From contig OZ234493.1 of the NCBI GenBank assembly GCA_965153455.1, forward strand, positions 28,386,213-28,450,212: a DNA stretch of 64,000 nucleotides, written 5' to 3'. Below, in pieces: positions 23,960 to 35,727 of the stretch (the stretch's first letter is position 1; every line of letters starts with the position of its first letter). The notes under the pieces were generated by a model, which worked only from the letters and a program-made list of their open reading frames with translations, had not been told where the DNA came from and searched no databases. The DNA comes from Sphagnum compactum (lineage: Eukaryota). A program made the position numbers and the translations under genes.

Positions 23960-26003
23960 TTGTTTCTATACTAGTTTGAACCCCGTGCCTAATGCACAAG
24001 TGTGTTATTTCAACAATGTTTGGTTCATGTTTTAGTTTTTTTATAAAAACTTTTTATCTTTTTTATTTTTTATTTTTATGTGTTTTCTGTTATTATTATT
24101 AATTTGTATAATAAAAATAAAGTGTTTCTTTTTCACTTTTGTATATTTGTTTATTTGGATGCAAGTTTGAAGTTTGGAGAAAGAAGACACACCTCATTCT
24201 TTTTCAAGTAGGGTTTTTCTTCATCATCATAAGTTTTATTTTTTCTTATTTTCTACTCTTTATTTGGTTTCTTCTTTTTTGTAATTTTGTAATTTTAAAA
24301 TGATTTTACTGTATTTCCCTTTCCTTGTTTCATTTGTTTCCATTCCTTTTTTATAGTTTTTGTGTTTTTACTTTTTTTGTTTATGTTTGTTTCATGTTTT
24401 AATTTATTCTATTCTTATTTTGTCTATCTTCATTTTTTTTCTATTTTTATGCGTTTATTTATTTATTTATTTATTTATTTTCTTTTCCAAAAAGATTCTA
24501 GTTTTTCTAATATGTTTTATAATAAAAATAATTTAAAAAATCTTTTTTATTTTTGTTTGATTAGATGCAGGTTTGAAGTTTGGAAAAAGAAGACAAACCT
24601 CATTTTTTTTTCAAGTATGGTTTTTTTTCTCTTTCTTTTGCTATTTGTTTTGTATCTTATTTTTTGTCATCTATCTTTTAAGATTACTGTATTTCCCTTT
24701 TTTGTTTCATGTTTAAGTGTTTACAAAAAGTTTCTAATTGTTAAAGTGTTTTCCTGTTTTTATTTTTTAATTTTTTTTCTAGTTTTTTCCCTTTTAAAAA
24801 TATATATTTGTTCTGTTTGGATGGATGACGGGATGGATGACGGACGGATGGATGGAAAGCTTCATTTCATCCTGACGTCTGGATGGAAAACTTCATTTCA
24901 TCCCGAAGCTTCACGACCGCGACGTCGTCATATATATATATAAGATTATTTTTCATTTTTCTATTTTATTATTATTATAAACAAAAAGAAACACCGAAAA
25001 CAAAGAATGAAAAAGAAAATGAAAAGAAAAACACCCCGTCTTCTGTACAGTAAATCTTGGGGTGCCCCCCCTGGGGCCGGGCAAGTTTGTGCCCCGTGCC
25101 TAATGCACAGGTGTGTGTTTAAAATAAATCAAACATGCACCTAAAATTGCTCGGTCTTTGCCGGTCCTAACCCACCCCATTCGGCTTAAATAGACATCCA
25201 TCCCCGTCCGGCTTAAATAGACGGCTGATGGGATGGATGAATTAAAAAATTAAAACTTATATATAAGATTATTTTTCATTTTTCTATTTTATTATTATTA
25301 TTATAAACCAAAAAAAAAACACCGAAAACAGAGAACGAAAAAGAAAATGAAAAGAAAAAAACCACGTCCTCTGTACTATAAATCTTGGGGGTGCTCCCCC
25401 TGGGACCGGGCATGAGGGGGCGGGGGGGGGGGTTATTTATTTCTGCCAGGGTTTTCTTCCTTGTATGATGCCATCTTCCCTATATGACGGGACGGATGGA
25501 TGGACGGGTCGGACGGATGGAGGAAATGTCCGTCCGGCTTAAATAGACAGATGAAATAGCCTAAATTCAGCTCTTGAAAAAAAGTTCCACCACAGAGGTG
25601 GGCCCAACTCTCTTTCTCTCTCTCTCTCTCTCATCATCAACAGTGTGTGCATCCTTGCCCGCACGCACACACATATTCTTCGTTATATATACCTATTCAC
25701 TGTAGGCCCGACGAAAAACAAAGCAAGAGAGCCCTAAGAGTGGATGAAGATATGGATGAGTATATTGGATGTAGTGACGAAAGACAGAACGGATGGGATG
25801 GATGAAATGTTCGTCCGGGTGGATGACGGGACAAACGGATTATGGGGAAGCTTCATTCGTAATGCACAGGTGTGTGTGTATTTGACGGTAACGATTTTGC
25901 TGGTGTGAAGCTTCAACCCCCAGCTGGTTGCAATAGTTTTCCAGTTCTTTGCTAGTGAGGTCAAATCTGCTGAGATAATCATTGCATCTTCTCGTTGATG
26001 GCA

Positions 26004-27004
26004 GATAATTAAGAATGGTGATGGAAGAATGGAGATGTGTACTATGCTGTGGACAACTTTCCTGGATATGGTTTGACGCGCTCCTTGGTCCCGGGGTGAA
26101 CCCACTTGAAGATTCACCAATGTGAAGTTGCGGAAAGTTGGGACCGAAGGGCACGCTCCCGACTTCCAACTCTAGAAAGGGGTAGAGGGTCGAGTTGGAA
26201 GCCCCGGGATTAGACTAGGAAGATGGACTAGTAGATCAAGCACGAATCTGCATCCAAAACCAACCACAAATGGGTTAGTTCACATTCGGGAACACCTTTG
26301 GGTGTTGGGACAAGCCACGGGCACTTTGGACTATTTGACTCACCACGGCCCGGACTCGGGGGGGAAGCCACCACCTTCCCCCTTATAGTTATCTCTGCAG
26401 CTCGTCGTGGAGGCTACATCCAAATGGCACATTTTGTTGGGACTCCCGAAATGGAGTCCCGAAATTGTCCCGGCTGGACTCTCGGAACTTTGAACATCCA
26501 TAACTCCCGACTGCAGAGTCCGATCGCGACGAGGTCTGAACCAAAGTTGTAGCCCTTGTCGAGATCTTTCCAACGCCATGTCGCACTCTCAAATCGGATG
26601 TCAGGAAGAGGTCGATTCCTGACTTTTAGTGGTCGGGAGTCAAACTGCCAATTTGACTCCCGGCCCTTCTTTTGCCCATAACTTGGGCTGCAGAAGCCCA
26701 AATGACCAATGCGAGGCCATTTTCGATATTTACGTTTCAAGACCTTTCCAATGACACCAAGAACACCCCAATGCGAGGTGTTTTGGGCCTTGCTGTCGAG
26801 CTCCAAACATTCGGGAGTCCCCGAGGACTCCAAACCTCCAACTTTTCCAAGTGTTGGGCTTCACCCCCACACTTGGACAAAGTGGGGTTGCGACATGGTT
26901 GCCTCTCAGGCCAAAAGCTGGATGAAAATCAGGCAGGTGAACATGTGGATACCCAAGAGCTTTCTACAGACTTCACTCGTTGGAAGGTCCATGCTCTTGC
27001 ATGG
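26004..27004 (+). pseudogene. Putative captured exon of an unidentified gene, split by a solo LTR
   Basis: After removing the solo LTR and one TSD copy: CAG acceptor, then N*EW*WKNGDVYYAVDNFPGYGCLSGQKLDENQAGEHVDTQELSTDFTRWKVHALA, then a TG|GTGAG donor. Both stops could be C>T changes. Product not recognised. Confidence 0.4.
26074..26895 (-). mobile_element. Solo LTR (822 bp)
   Basis: TG...CA termini (TGTCGCAACCCC...GCGCGTCA on minus) with a perfect 5-bp TSD TGGTT (26069-26073 and 26896-26900). No internal domains. Strand assignment is tentative. Confidence 0.88.
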
Positions 27005-27322
27005 TGAGATTGTGTACCTTGCTGAGGGGACAACTTGTTGGCAGTCAGGGTGGAATGTTGAAGCTTATTGTTGATTTCCAGGATGTTTGTGTGAATTGCA
27101 AAGCTTAGATGTGATAGGTAGATGCCAATGTGGAAATCAAAATCAAATGAAAGTGCAAATGCAGTGAAACTCTCATTGAGAAAATTTGGTGGTGGATCAG
27201 AAAGTCATCAGAAAGCCCTGCCTGGGTGCATACACCACTGCATAACATCAAAGAGTAGAAGTCTTCCAAACCTAACCCTAAGAAGAAAAGCCTGATCACC
27301 GATCCAGGATGGTAGACGCTTC

Positions 27323-27412
27323 TGCACCTGCTACTAAAAGACAGCAAGTTGTTAAGGACAACACCTTCACCCGCCTCAACGTATCGGCCATGGCACCTTC
27401 ATACACCACATC
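27323..27412 (-). pseudogene. Captured fragment of a TMEM70-like mitochondrial membrane protein gene
   Basis: DVVYEGAMADTLRRVKVLSLTTCCLLVAGA resembles the conserved TMEM70-family segment Y.G.....I.KVK.LSLSTCCL. Recognised from memory, not searched. Confidence 0.6.
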
Positions 27413-27979
27413 CACACACCAAGAAATCGCAAACAAAAAAACCAAAAAAGAACCTGTCAACCCCAAAAGAAGAGTCCATGCAAAAACTTAGACAGGACAT
27501 GAGCACTGACTCTCTGACTCTCTCTCTCTCTTGCCAGTGACCATTTTAGTGGGGGATAAACTGGCTGTGGCGCAATGGCCCATGCATGCAGTCAGGAATG
27601 ATTGAGCAAGTTAAGCAAAGTCTAATCTGCGGGTAGCTGGGAGCTCCTTCAGCGCCAGTCAGCACCACGTCGTGAGAAGCTGGTGATGTGTTGCTCTTTG
27701 CGGCTAGCTAGCATGCAACTGCTGATCATATGCTGATTTTAATTTAGAAACATGGGTTGCAATGATTAAATCCATAAAGGGTTCCAAGCTACAGATGAAG
27801 AGCAGCTGAGCACAGAATTTCTATAATTTACCCATCATAATTGCGATCGGACAGATGGACAGACGGATTTTAAACTGATTTTGCTGTATTTTAAAGGTCG
27901 GTAGAGTAAGAAGGAAAACAATCTTCAAATAATCTGCTTCGATGATGCGGGTGTGAAATTTAAAATCATTTCTTCTTAC

Positions 27980-28102
27980 TCTGATCTTGAAGGACCCTTG
28001 TACACCCATCTTGACTCGATCGAAGTCTAAGTTCACTGCTCGAAGAAAATGGTCTGCAGGATTCTTGAGCTTTGGACATGGGAAGCCTGAAGCTGCAAAA
28101 TG
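27980..28102 (-). pseudogene. Captured exon of a half-size ABCG (ABCG11/12/15-like) transporter
   Basis: 123-nt phase-0 exon with TTGCAG acceptor and GTAAG donor, encoding HFAASGFPCPKLKNPADHFLRAVNLDFDRVKMGVQGSFKIR (ABCG GFPCP..NP.DHFL motif). No other ABCG exons seen in the window. Confidence 0.8.
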
Positions 28103-28204
28103 CTGCAACCAAAAGAAGAAGACACACAGATACATAGAAATCATAAAAAGAAAACCATAAGGAAGGAAAAAATCATCCTCTAACTACTGCGGAAAAAGAA
28201 AAAA

Positions 28205-28712
28205 AACAAATCCCAGAAATCTCAGAAAGTCTCTTGCTACTGCAAAGTGTTCTCTTGTTGCTGCAAAGAAGGTCTCTTGTTGTTGCAAAGAATTCTCTGG
28301 GTGCTGCAAAGAATTCTCTTGTTGCAGCAAAACAAGTCTCTTGCTGCTGCAAAGAAATCTTAGAAATCTCTTGTTGTTGCAAAGAAAGCTTCTTGTTGCT
28401 GCAAAGAATTCTCTTGTTACTGCAAACAAAATTTCTTGCTGCTGCAAACAAAGTCTCTTGCTGCTGCAAACAAAGCCTCTTGCTGTTGCAAAGAAATCTC
28501 AGAAATCTCTTGCTGCTGCAAAGGAAGTCTCTTGTTGCTACAAACAAAATTTCTTGCTGCTGTAAACAAAGTCTCTTGCTGTTGCAAACAAATTCTTTTG
28601 CAGCTGCAAAGAATGCATCTACCTGCTGCAAAGAATTATCTTGTTGCTGAAAAGAAATCTCGGAAACTTCTTGCCGAAGCAAAGACATCATCTCTTGTTG
28701 TTGCTGCAAAGA
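28205..28712. repeat. Minisatellite, ~20-22-bp unit (TCTCTTGTTGCTGCAAAGAA)
   Basis: About 20 or more degenerate tandem copies. These explain the repetitive spurious ORFs in several frames. Confidence 0.9.
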
Positions 28713-28877
28713 GATTATTATAAACAAAAAGAAACACCGAAAACAGAGAACGAAAAAGAAAATGAAAAGAAAAAGACCCCGTCCTCTGTATAGTAAATCT
28801 TGGGGCCGGACAAATTTAGGGGAAGCTTCATTCGCACGGCTTCAAGGGAAGCTTCATTGTTCCTTTACTATAGATAA

Positions 28878-30243
28878 CTAGTTTGAACCCGGTGCCTAAT
28901 GCACAGGTGTGTTATTTCAACAATGTTTGGTTCATGTTTTAGTTTTTTTTAAAAACTTTTATCTTTTATATTTTTTGTTTTTATGTGTTTTTTGTTTTTA
29001 TTATTATTTTGTATAATAAAAATAAAGTGTTTCTTTTTCACTTTTGTATTTTTGTTTATTTGGATGCAAGTTTGAAGTTTGGAGAAAGAAGACACACCTC
29101 ATTCTTTTTCAAGTAGGGTTATTCTTCATTATTATAAGTTTTATTTTTCTTATTTTCTACTCTTTATTTGGTTTCTTCTTTTTTGTAATTTTTTTCTTTT
29201 AAAATGATTTTACTGTATTTCCCTTTCCTTGTTTCATTTGTTTTCCATTCCTTTTTTATAGTTTTTGTGTTTTTACTTTTTAATGTTTATGTTTGTTTCA
29301 TGTTTTAATTTTTTCTATTCTTATTTTGTCTATCTTCATTTTTTTCCTTATTTTTATGCGTTTATTTCTTTATTTAGTTTCTATTTTTTTTTCCAAAATT
29401 TTTTTAGTTTTCTAATATGTATTATAATAAAAATAATTAAAAAGAACTTTTTTTTTTGTTTGATTAGATGCAGGTTTGAAGTTTGGAAAAAGAAGACAAA
29501 CCTCATTTTTTTTTCAAGTATGGTTTTTTTTCTCTTTATTTTGCTCTCTGTTTTGTTTCTTATTTTTTGTCATCTATTTTTAAATTTTCTTTTAAGATTA
29601 TTTTACTATATTTCCCTTTTTTGTTTCATGTTTAAGTTTTTACAAAAAGTTTCTAATTGTTAAAGTGTTTTTCTGTTTTTTTTTGGGCTAGTTTTTCCCC
29701 TTTTTAAAATATGTATTTGTTCTGTTTGGATGGATGACGGGACGAATGACGGGATGGATGACGGACGGATGGACGAATGGAAAGCTTCATTTCATCCCGA
29801 CGTCTGGATGGAAAGCTTCATTTCATCCTGAAGCTTCACGACCACGACGTCCTTTACTATATAAAACTAGTTTGAGCCCCGTGCATAATGCACAGGTGTG
29901 TGTATTTAATGGTACATATTTATATATAAGATAATTTTTCATTTTTCTATTTTATTATTATTATTATAAACAAAAAGAAACACTGAATACAGAGAACGAA
30001 AAAGAAAATGAAAAGAAAAACACCCCGTCCTCTGTACAGTAAATCTTGGGGGTGCCCCCCTAGGGCCGGGCAAGTTTGTGCCCTGTGCCTAATGCACAGG
30101 TGTGTGTTTAAAATAAATCAAACATGCACCTAAAACTGCTGGGTCTTTGCCGGTCCTAACCCACCCCATCCGGCTTAAATAGACATCCATCCCCGTCCGG
30201 CTTAAATAGACGGCTGATGGGATGGATGAATTAAAAAATTAAA

Positions 30244-30281
<38 letters not shown>

Positions 30282-31304
30282 ATTATTTTTCATTTTTTAT
30301 TTTTTATTTTTTATTATAAACAAAAAGAAACACCAAAAACAGAGAACGAAAAAAAAATGAAAAGAAAAACACCTCGTCCTCTATACAGTAAATCTTGGGG
30401 GTGCCCCCCCGGGGCCCCGTGCATAATGCACAGGTGTGTGTATTTGACGATACATATATATATATATATAAGATAATTTTTCATTTTTCTATTCTATTAT
30501 TATTATTATAAACAAAAAGAAACACCGAAAACAGAGAACGAAAAAAAAAATGAAAAGAAAAACACCCCGTCCTCTGTATAGTAAATCTTGGGGGTGCCCC
30601 CCCCCTGGGGCCGGGCAAGTTTGTGCCCCGTGCCTAATGCACAGGTGTGTGTTTAAAATAAATCAAACATGCACCTAAAACTGCTGGGTCTTTGCCGGTC
30701 CTAACCCACCCCATCCGGCTTAAATAGACATCCATCCCCGTCCGGCTTAAATCGACGACTGATGGGATGGATGAATTAAAAAATTAAAACTTTATATATA
30801 TATATATATATATATAAGATTATTTTTCATTTTTCTATTTTATTATTATTATTATAAACCAAAAAAAAAACACCGAAAACAGAGAAACGAAAAAGAAAAT
30901 GAAAAGAAAAAGACCACGTCCTCTGTACAGTAAATTTTGGGGGTGCCCCCCCCTGGGGCCGGGCATGAGGGGGCGGGGGAGGTTATTTATTTCTGCCAGG
31001 GTTTTTTTCCCTGTATGATGCCATCTTCCCTGTATGACAGGACGGATGGATGGACGGGTCGGACGGATGGAGGAAATGTCCGTCCGGTCCGTCAGGTGTG
31101 TAAATAAATCAACATTAAATAAAACTGATGTTTTCTTGGGGGTAGAACAGGCACAATTCCATGATGAAAATGCCCAGAGATCTATTTCCAAAATTATTTT
31201 GCAGATTTTACTGGAGTATAATGTCTCTGGGGGGCAGATTAAGAACAAACTGGAGTGGTCTGAATCCGGCTTCAGGGGAAGCTTCATTGTTCCTTTACTA
31301 TAGA
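28878..31304 (-). mobile_element. Composite non-autonomous Helitron 2
   Basis: 3' hairpin plus CTAG at 28878 and 5' TCTATAGTAAAGG at 31304. 28878-29850 is a diverged copy of 23971-24925. Internal 5' ends at 29931, 30282, 30473 and 30819, and internal hairpins. Confidence 0.8.
29867..29931 (-). mobile_element. 65-bp minimal Helitron module
   Basis: Minus strand reads A|TCTTATATA...CCTGTGCATTATGCACGGGGCTCAAACTAG|T. Confidence 0.6.
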
Positions 31305-34300
31305 TAATAATGCTCTCTAGACTCATGTGGTCTCCAGCCCTCTGAAAAAAAAAAACAATGAATTTATCTTCTGGATCCTCCTCCTCCTCCTGACTCCTCT
31401 CCTGACTTTCTTTCTCTGACATTTTAACTCATGACTTTGGTGCCTGGATTCCAACTAAAACACTCATCTTTCACTCTTCAGTCAGTCAAGTCAGTCAGGA
31501 GGAGGAACTCAGGGGTCATGATGTAGGAGTTTAAGTACCTTTCTCTTTGCCTTTTTTGCCTAGTATGTAGTGTGTGAACAAAGTACTTTCTGTTGGGTGT
31601 CAGCTTATTTAGGTCTTAGCCTGCTGCAGCATTTTGTTGTGGACTTGACTTGTTGTCTGTCACTCCTGGAATTCAGTTTTCCTTCTTCTTCTTCTTCTTA
31701 TAACATTTGTAACCCAAAAAACCTTATCACCATAATAGTTCAATAACAGATTCAACAAAATAATAATAATAATAATAATAATAAATTAAATTTTTTTATA
31801 AAAAAATTTTGTGAAGGAAAATGAAGCATCAGTTGGGGAATATTATGGGAATATATATTTTTCTCAAAAATGAAATCTTCAAAAATTAAATAATATCATT
31901 CGGCAGAGACCCTGGTGAGCTCTGGCTATTCAATTAAGGTAGGTATTATTACTATATTACTACCACAATGGGGTTTGGCATGTCGGATTTCTCGCTCGAG
32001 CTGAAAAAAATTTCAAGAATTTGAGAAAATAAATTAAAAAATTAGGCTGTCATTGCAAGTTTGATTGATCTCTTTGTTTTTTTGGTTGCTTTTTTTCTGG
32101 ACACGCATTTCTTTTAGTGATTATAAGAAAGCCAAATCACAGCTGACAGGTTATGGTAAGTTACTAGTTAGCAGAGATCATGTCAGACCGAGTGCTGCAA
32201 GGGTTTAGGGTTTTAGGGTTTACATACTTGCAAGGTGATAGATAATATGACCTCATTAGGAGTGTATGTATGCATAGTAGTAGTATACCATGATGCCCTC
32301 TCAAGTGTTATCTTCGTTTGGGGATCATAACCAGCCGTACGGAGATTCACTTCGGAAACTCTCGACTAAAGATCTAGAAAATAATGTTGAAAATTTCCCG
32401 ATTGAACAAAATGGGTTTTGAATCAGGCCCCTTGGCTTTTAGACGACTTTATATCAAGACCATACTTCGGAGCAGAAATAAAATGGCTTTTAATTCTTTC
32501 GGGTGGGTAGTAGGTATATAAATTTGGCTTCAACTTCACCCAAGGGTGAGCTCACCCTAGACCATTGAGACCATTTTGGATTGGATCGTGTTTTAGGAAA
32601 ATCAATCGGGTTTTGAACAATTTTTACACAACCGTTTGAAGCGTTATTCGAAGTATTCGTTGTTCCCCTCCTCCTTTTGATTTCAAACGTTTTCTTTCTC
32701 CCTTGCAAATTGGGCGCATGGGGGGTCTTTCTTTTGGGGGAGAACGACCCCATATTCGAAGTGCTTCCATCGTCGTCATCCGTAACCAGTATATTTTCAT
32801 GTGTGACTGACTAAGCTTACTGGCCGGCCAGCTTGAGTTATTACTATTTACTTACTTCGTGTGGATATTTTGGCAGAGTGTATATATATATACATACTTA
32901 TTTGTAGGTTCACATGCTAACCATCATGGCGTTTCAAACGTGCTTGAAATTCTGCTTTGTTACGCCTCTGGAGTTATGAAGGAGCTGTAAGCATGTGATG
33001 AGTTATGAGATGGGAAAATTTTGGGATTACACCCCTCTCCCCCATGAAGAAATGGATTTTGGAGAAAAATGTGGATTTTTTTTTTCAATGTAAAATGTTA
33101 AAGTTTTTTTTTTTGGGTCACTTTGGGAAAAAAAATTTTTGGAGAGAAAACACAATTTGTTTGGATTTTATTTAGCAAGGGATTAATTATCATCCCGGGA
33201 AGTCTAAAGGCATGGAAAGATGAACACAATGACCGCATCACTTGGGGCAGGGGTGGGGAATTTGGGCGTTGGTAACCTAACATCAATGTATATTTCATAT
33301 ATGCTGATTCAAAAGATGACTAAAAACAAACGGTTTAAAAAAAAATCAAGGAATGTGTTGTTGATATTGTGTATCGTGATCAGTACGAAGGCTCGTAGGT
33401 CATGAGCATTCCTAAATAAGGTGGCCTAAGTGGGTGGTGTACATCCCTGAAATAAGGCCTAAGTGGGTGGGGGGACATCCCTGAAATAAGGGGTCTAGGA
33501 CTATGCGTGGTTGGGGGTGCATTCCCCAAATGCAAGGCCAAACTCAGCTACAGCTACCATCTCCTCGTCCTAGGTCCATTCTTTTCAGCAATGTCCTTCC
33601 TTACTCTGCACTTTTTGGCCCCTAGTTTGACCCTCTGAATCCCCCTTTCATCCCAAGCTTGTGTAAATGTAACGTGAGGAGATAGATTTTGGTACCGTGT
33701 TACGAAACTGGGTATCAGTTCAGAAGATTTTGCCAGGATCTTGTTCTGACAAAGGCTCAATTTAATGAATATAATATGAGCCAGCAGTTCGAGGCACAGG
33801 TTAGGCCGCCTGTTCTCTTTCCTCTGCGCTGTTTTCATCCTGTCTTCTCATTTGGTCCCCTGATTCGTCCTCTATGCCTGGTTCCATCCTGACGTTTTCC
33901 GTTTCGCCCCCTATTCCGCGAAACAAGGGCCCAGTAGCCCCAGTTTTTGGGGTACTTTACGGATCACCCTAATATTTAAAACCACATACTTTTTAATAAA
34001 AAAAACCCGGGATTTTGCTAACTTATGAATTACAGACGTATTATTGAACTGGAATGTGTGTGGAATCACACATTTCAGTTCGGCCTCAGAATCTGTCAGA
34101 AATTGTCCGATTCCGAGCTGTAATCTGTCATCCTCTTCATTTGCTGTCGCTAGCAGTATGCGTTTTTAGAGCGTTGTGTTGGGAGCTGTGCAGTGCGCGG
34201 GGATTCCGGCTTGTCGCAGGCGCTGGAGTTCTCGTGCTTGCACTGGAATGGCCCAGGGCGACGGTGGCGGAGGTGGAGCTAGATTGCTGCCGCTGTTCGG

Positions 34301-34939
34301 AGAACAAGGCTACGAGAGGCGGAGGAGGAACCAGACCCTGTAGACCCTTTTGGTGTTGTTGCCTCCATTGTTCTGGAGTCCTTTGTTGGAGCGAAGTTGC
34401 GTTTTGCTTGGCGTCTTTGAGGCGCTGATCACACATGATACATACGCACGGTTTCTCATCCGATAATGTGGTACGAGAGAAACCTCACCTGCAAAGCCGA
34501 GGTGACACCACAAAGATGAAGGTAGTTTGCTCTGCCAATATGTTGCGATTCTTCTGGTCGCTGTGCTTTTCTCTTCTCTTCAGTAATATGATGCAGCTCA
34601 AATGCAAACCCGAGCTGGCCGGGTACTTCCTGTGTTTGTATGCTCTCAATGTTGCAGTGTCTGGAACGAAGAACAATGCTTTGGTTATGTAGTCGTGAAG
34701 GTTTTGAAAGTTTAAACTCTGTTTTCTACCCGTTTTCTCGTTTTTGCAACGCAGTTCACTCAGGGAGACTAAGAGTGTAACGAGGAAAAGAGCGGTGGGG
34801 GTGGGGGGGGGGGGGGGGGAACCTAGCTATTGCTTTTGCAGTTGAAGAGTCGGCCGCTGTTTGAGATATTGCTTAATCTTCTTTCTCTTGCTCCAACAAT
34901 CGCACATGTCTATTCGGTAGAGCACTAGAGTTGCGAAGC

Positions 34940-35170
34940 ATGGGGATCACGGGCGGTGATACTCGGTGCAGCAGTGGAAGAAGGTCATACATTGTTGCTT
35001 CGGAATGGACGAGGTTCTTATACGGATGTCGTCGACGCATTAGGAGGACGGGCCGTGGCTTAGCGGCAATGCAGGTGTTGTTGTCCTTGCAGCTACTTTT
35101 GGCAGTCACCAAAGCGCCGGCGATGGTGAAAGCTATAACGGATGCAGGTGACATTGCGGCACTTGTTCAG
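34940..35170 (+). CDS. Secreted leucine-rich repeat protein, exon 1 (alternative start ATG 35069)
   Basis: Signal-peptide-like MQVLLSLQLLLAVTKAPAMVKA followed by the LRRNT start ITDAGDIAALVQ. Phase-0 GTTAG donor at 35171. Confidence 0.75.
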
Positions 35171-35727
35171 GTTAGAGTCTTCAGTTCTTTTTCCGTGGCA
35201 ATAATTCCGATCTGTTATATTGTTTTGTCGATTGAGCAAAATTCTTGGGGAACTGTACTGCAGAAAGCTCTGTCTCTGGGAAGCTGCAGCATTGAGCCTT
35301 GTTGTAAGTAAAGCGTCGGAGTCCCACAGCGCTTTGAATTCAGAGATTGATGAGTCCCTCACATAAGAACTGGTGTTATGCTTTTGTTCCAACGCTGAGT
35401 TCCTGCAGCAAAATTGCCATATCTCATGCTGCTCTCTATCAGAAGCTGCAGAAAGATATATATGGTTTCCATGTCAGTAGTTGGTACTAAGAGCCTTATA
35501 CTATTCTCTCTCCCATCTCCATGCTTGAAGACATGTTTGCTGTACAGACTGGTAAGCTTTATTGAGAGATATGATTGATTGATGCTTCCAAAAAGATAAA
35601 ATTAGGTATACGATGATTTGTAGGTGGCTGTTTTTGGCACCCCAGCCAAGCTGCTCTTGGCTTTCTAGCCCAAGCAACCCAAACATGAAGCTCCTGACGA
35701 AAGAGGGTGGATGTTGTCAAAATGCAG

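Larger units (their letters stand above)
23971..28874 (-). mobile_element. Composite non-autonomous Helitron 1 carrying gene fragments
   Basis: Minus-strand 3' end is a GTGCATTAGGCAC hairpin about 11 nt before CTAG (23971). The 5' end is TCTATAGTAAAGG (28874). Insertion context is A^T with no TSD. Internal extra 5' ends TCTTATATA at 24945 and 25268. Confidence 0.8.

Noticed and set aside
24362-24943. 193-aa Phe-rich ORF (and its copy at 29265-29663)
   Set aside because: T-rich low-complexity Helitron interior; the reading frame is not conserved between the two copies.
26298-27074. Cluster of overlapping ORFs on both strands
   Set aside because: They lie in the GC-rich solo LTR and have no recognisable domain.
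27639-27658. GGGAGCTCCTTCAGCGCCAG resembles the complement of miR319/miR159
   Set aside because: It has an indel and mismatches in the seed region, and no complementary arm for a precursor hairpin was found nearby. Probably chance.
28173-28727. Several 70-184-aa ORFs rich in Q, C and L
   Set aside because: They are translations of the minisatellite in multiple frames.
23971-31304. CRISPR-like appearance of recurring GTGCCTAATGCAC palindromes
   Set aside because: Spacing is irregular, the intervening sequences are themselves repeats, there are no cas genes and the context is eukaryotic. They are explained as Helitron 3' hairpins.
30835-31422. 195-aa minus-strand ORF
   Set aside because: It crosses the Helitron 5' boundary and low-complexity repeats and has no coding signature.
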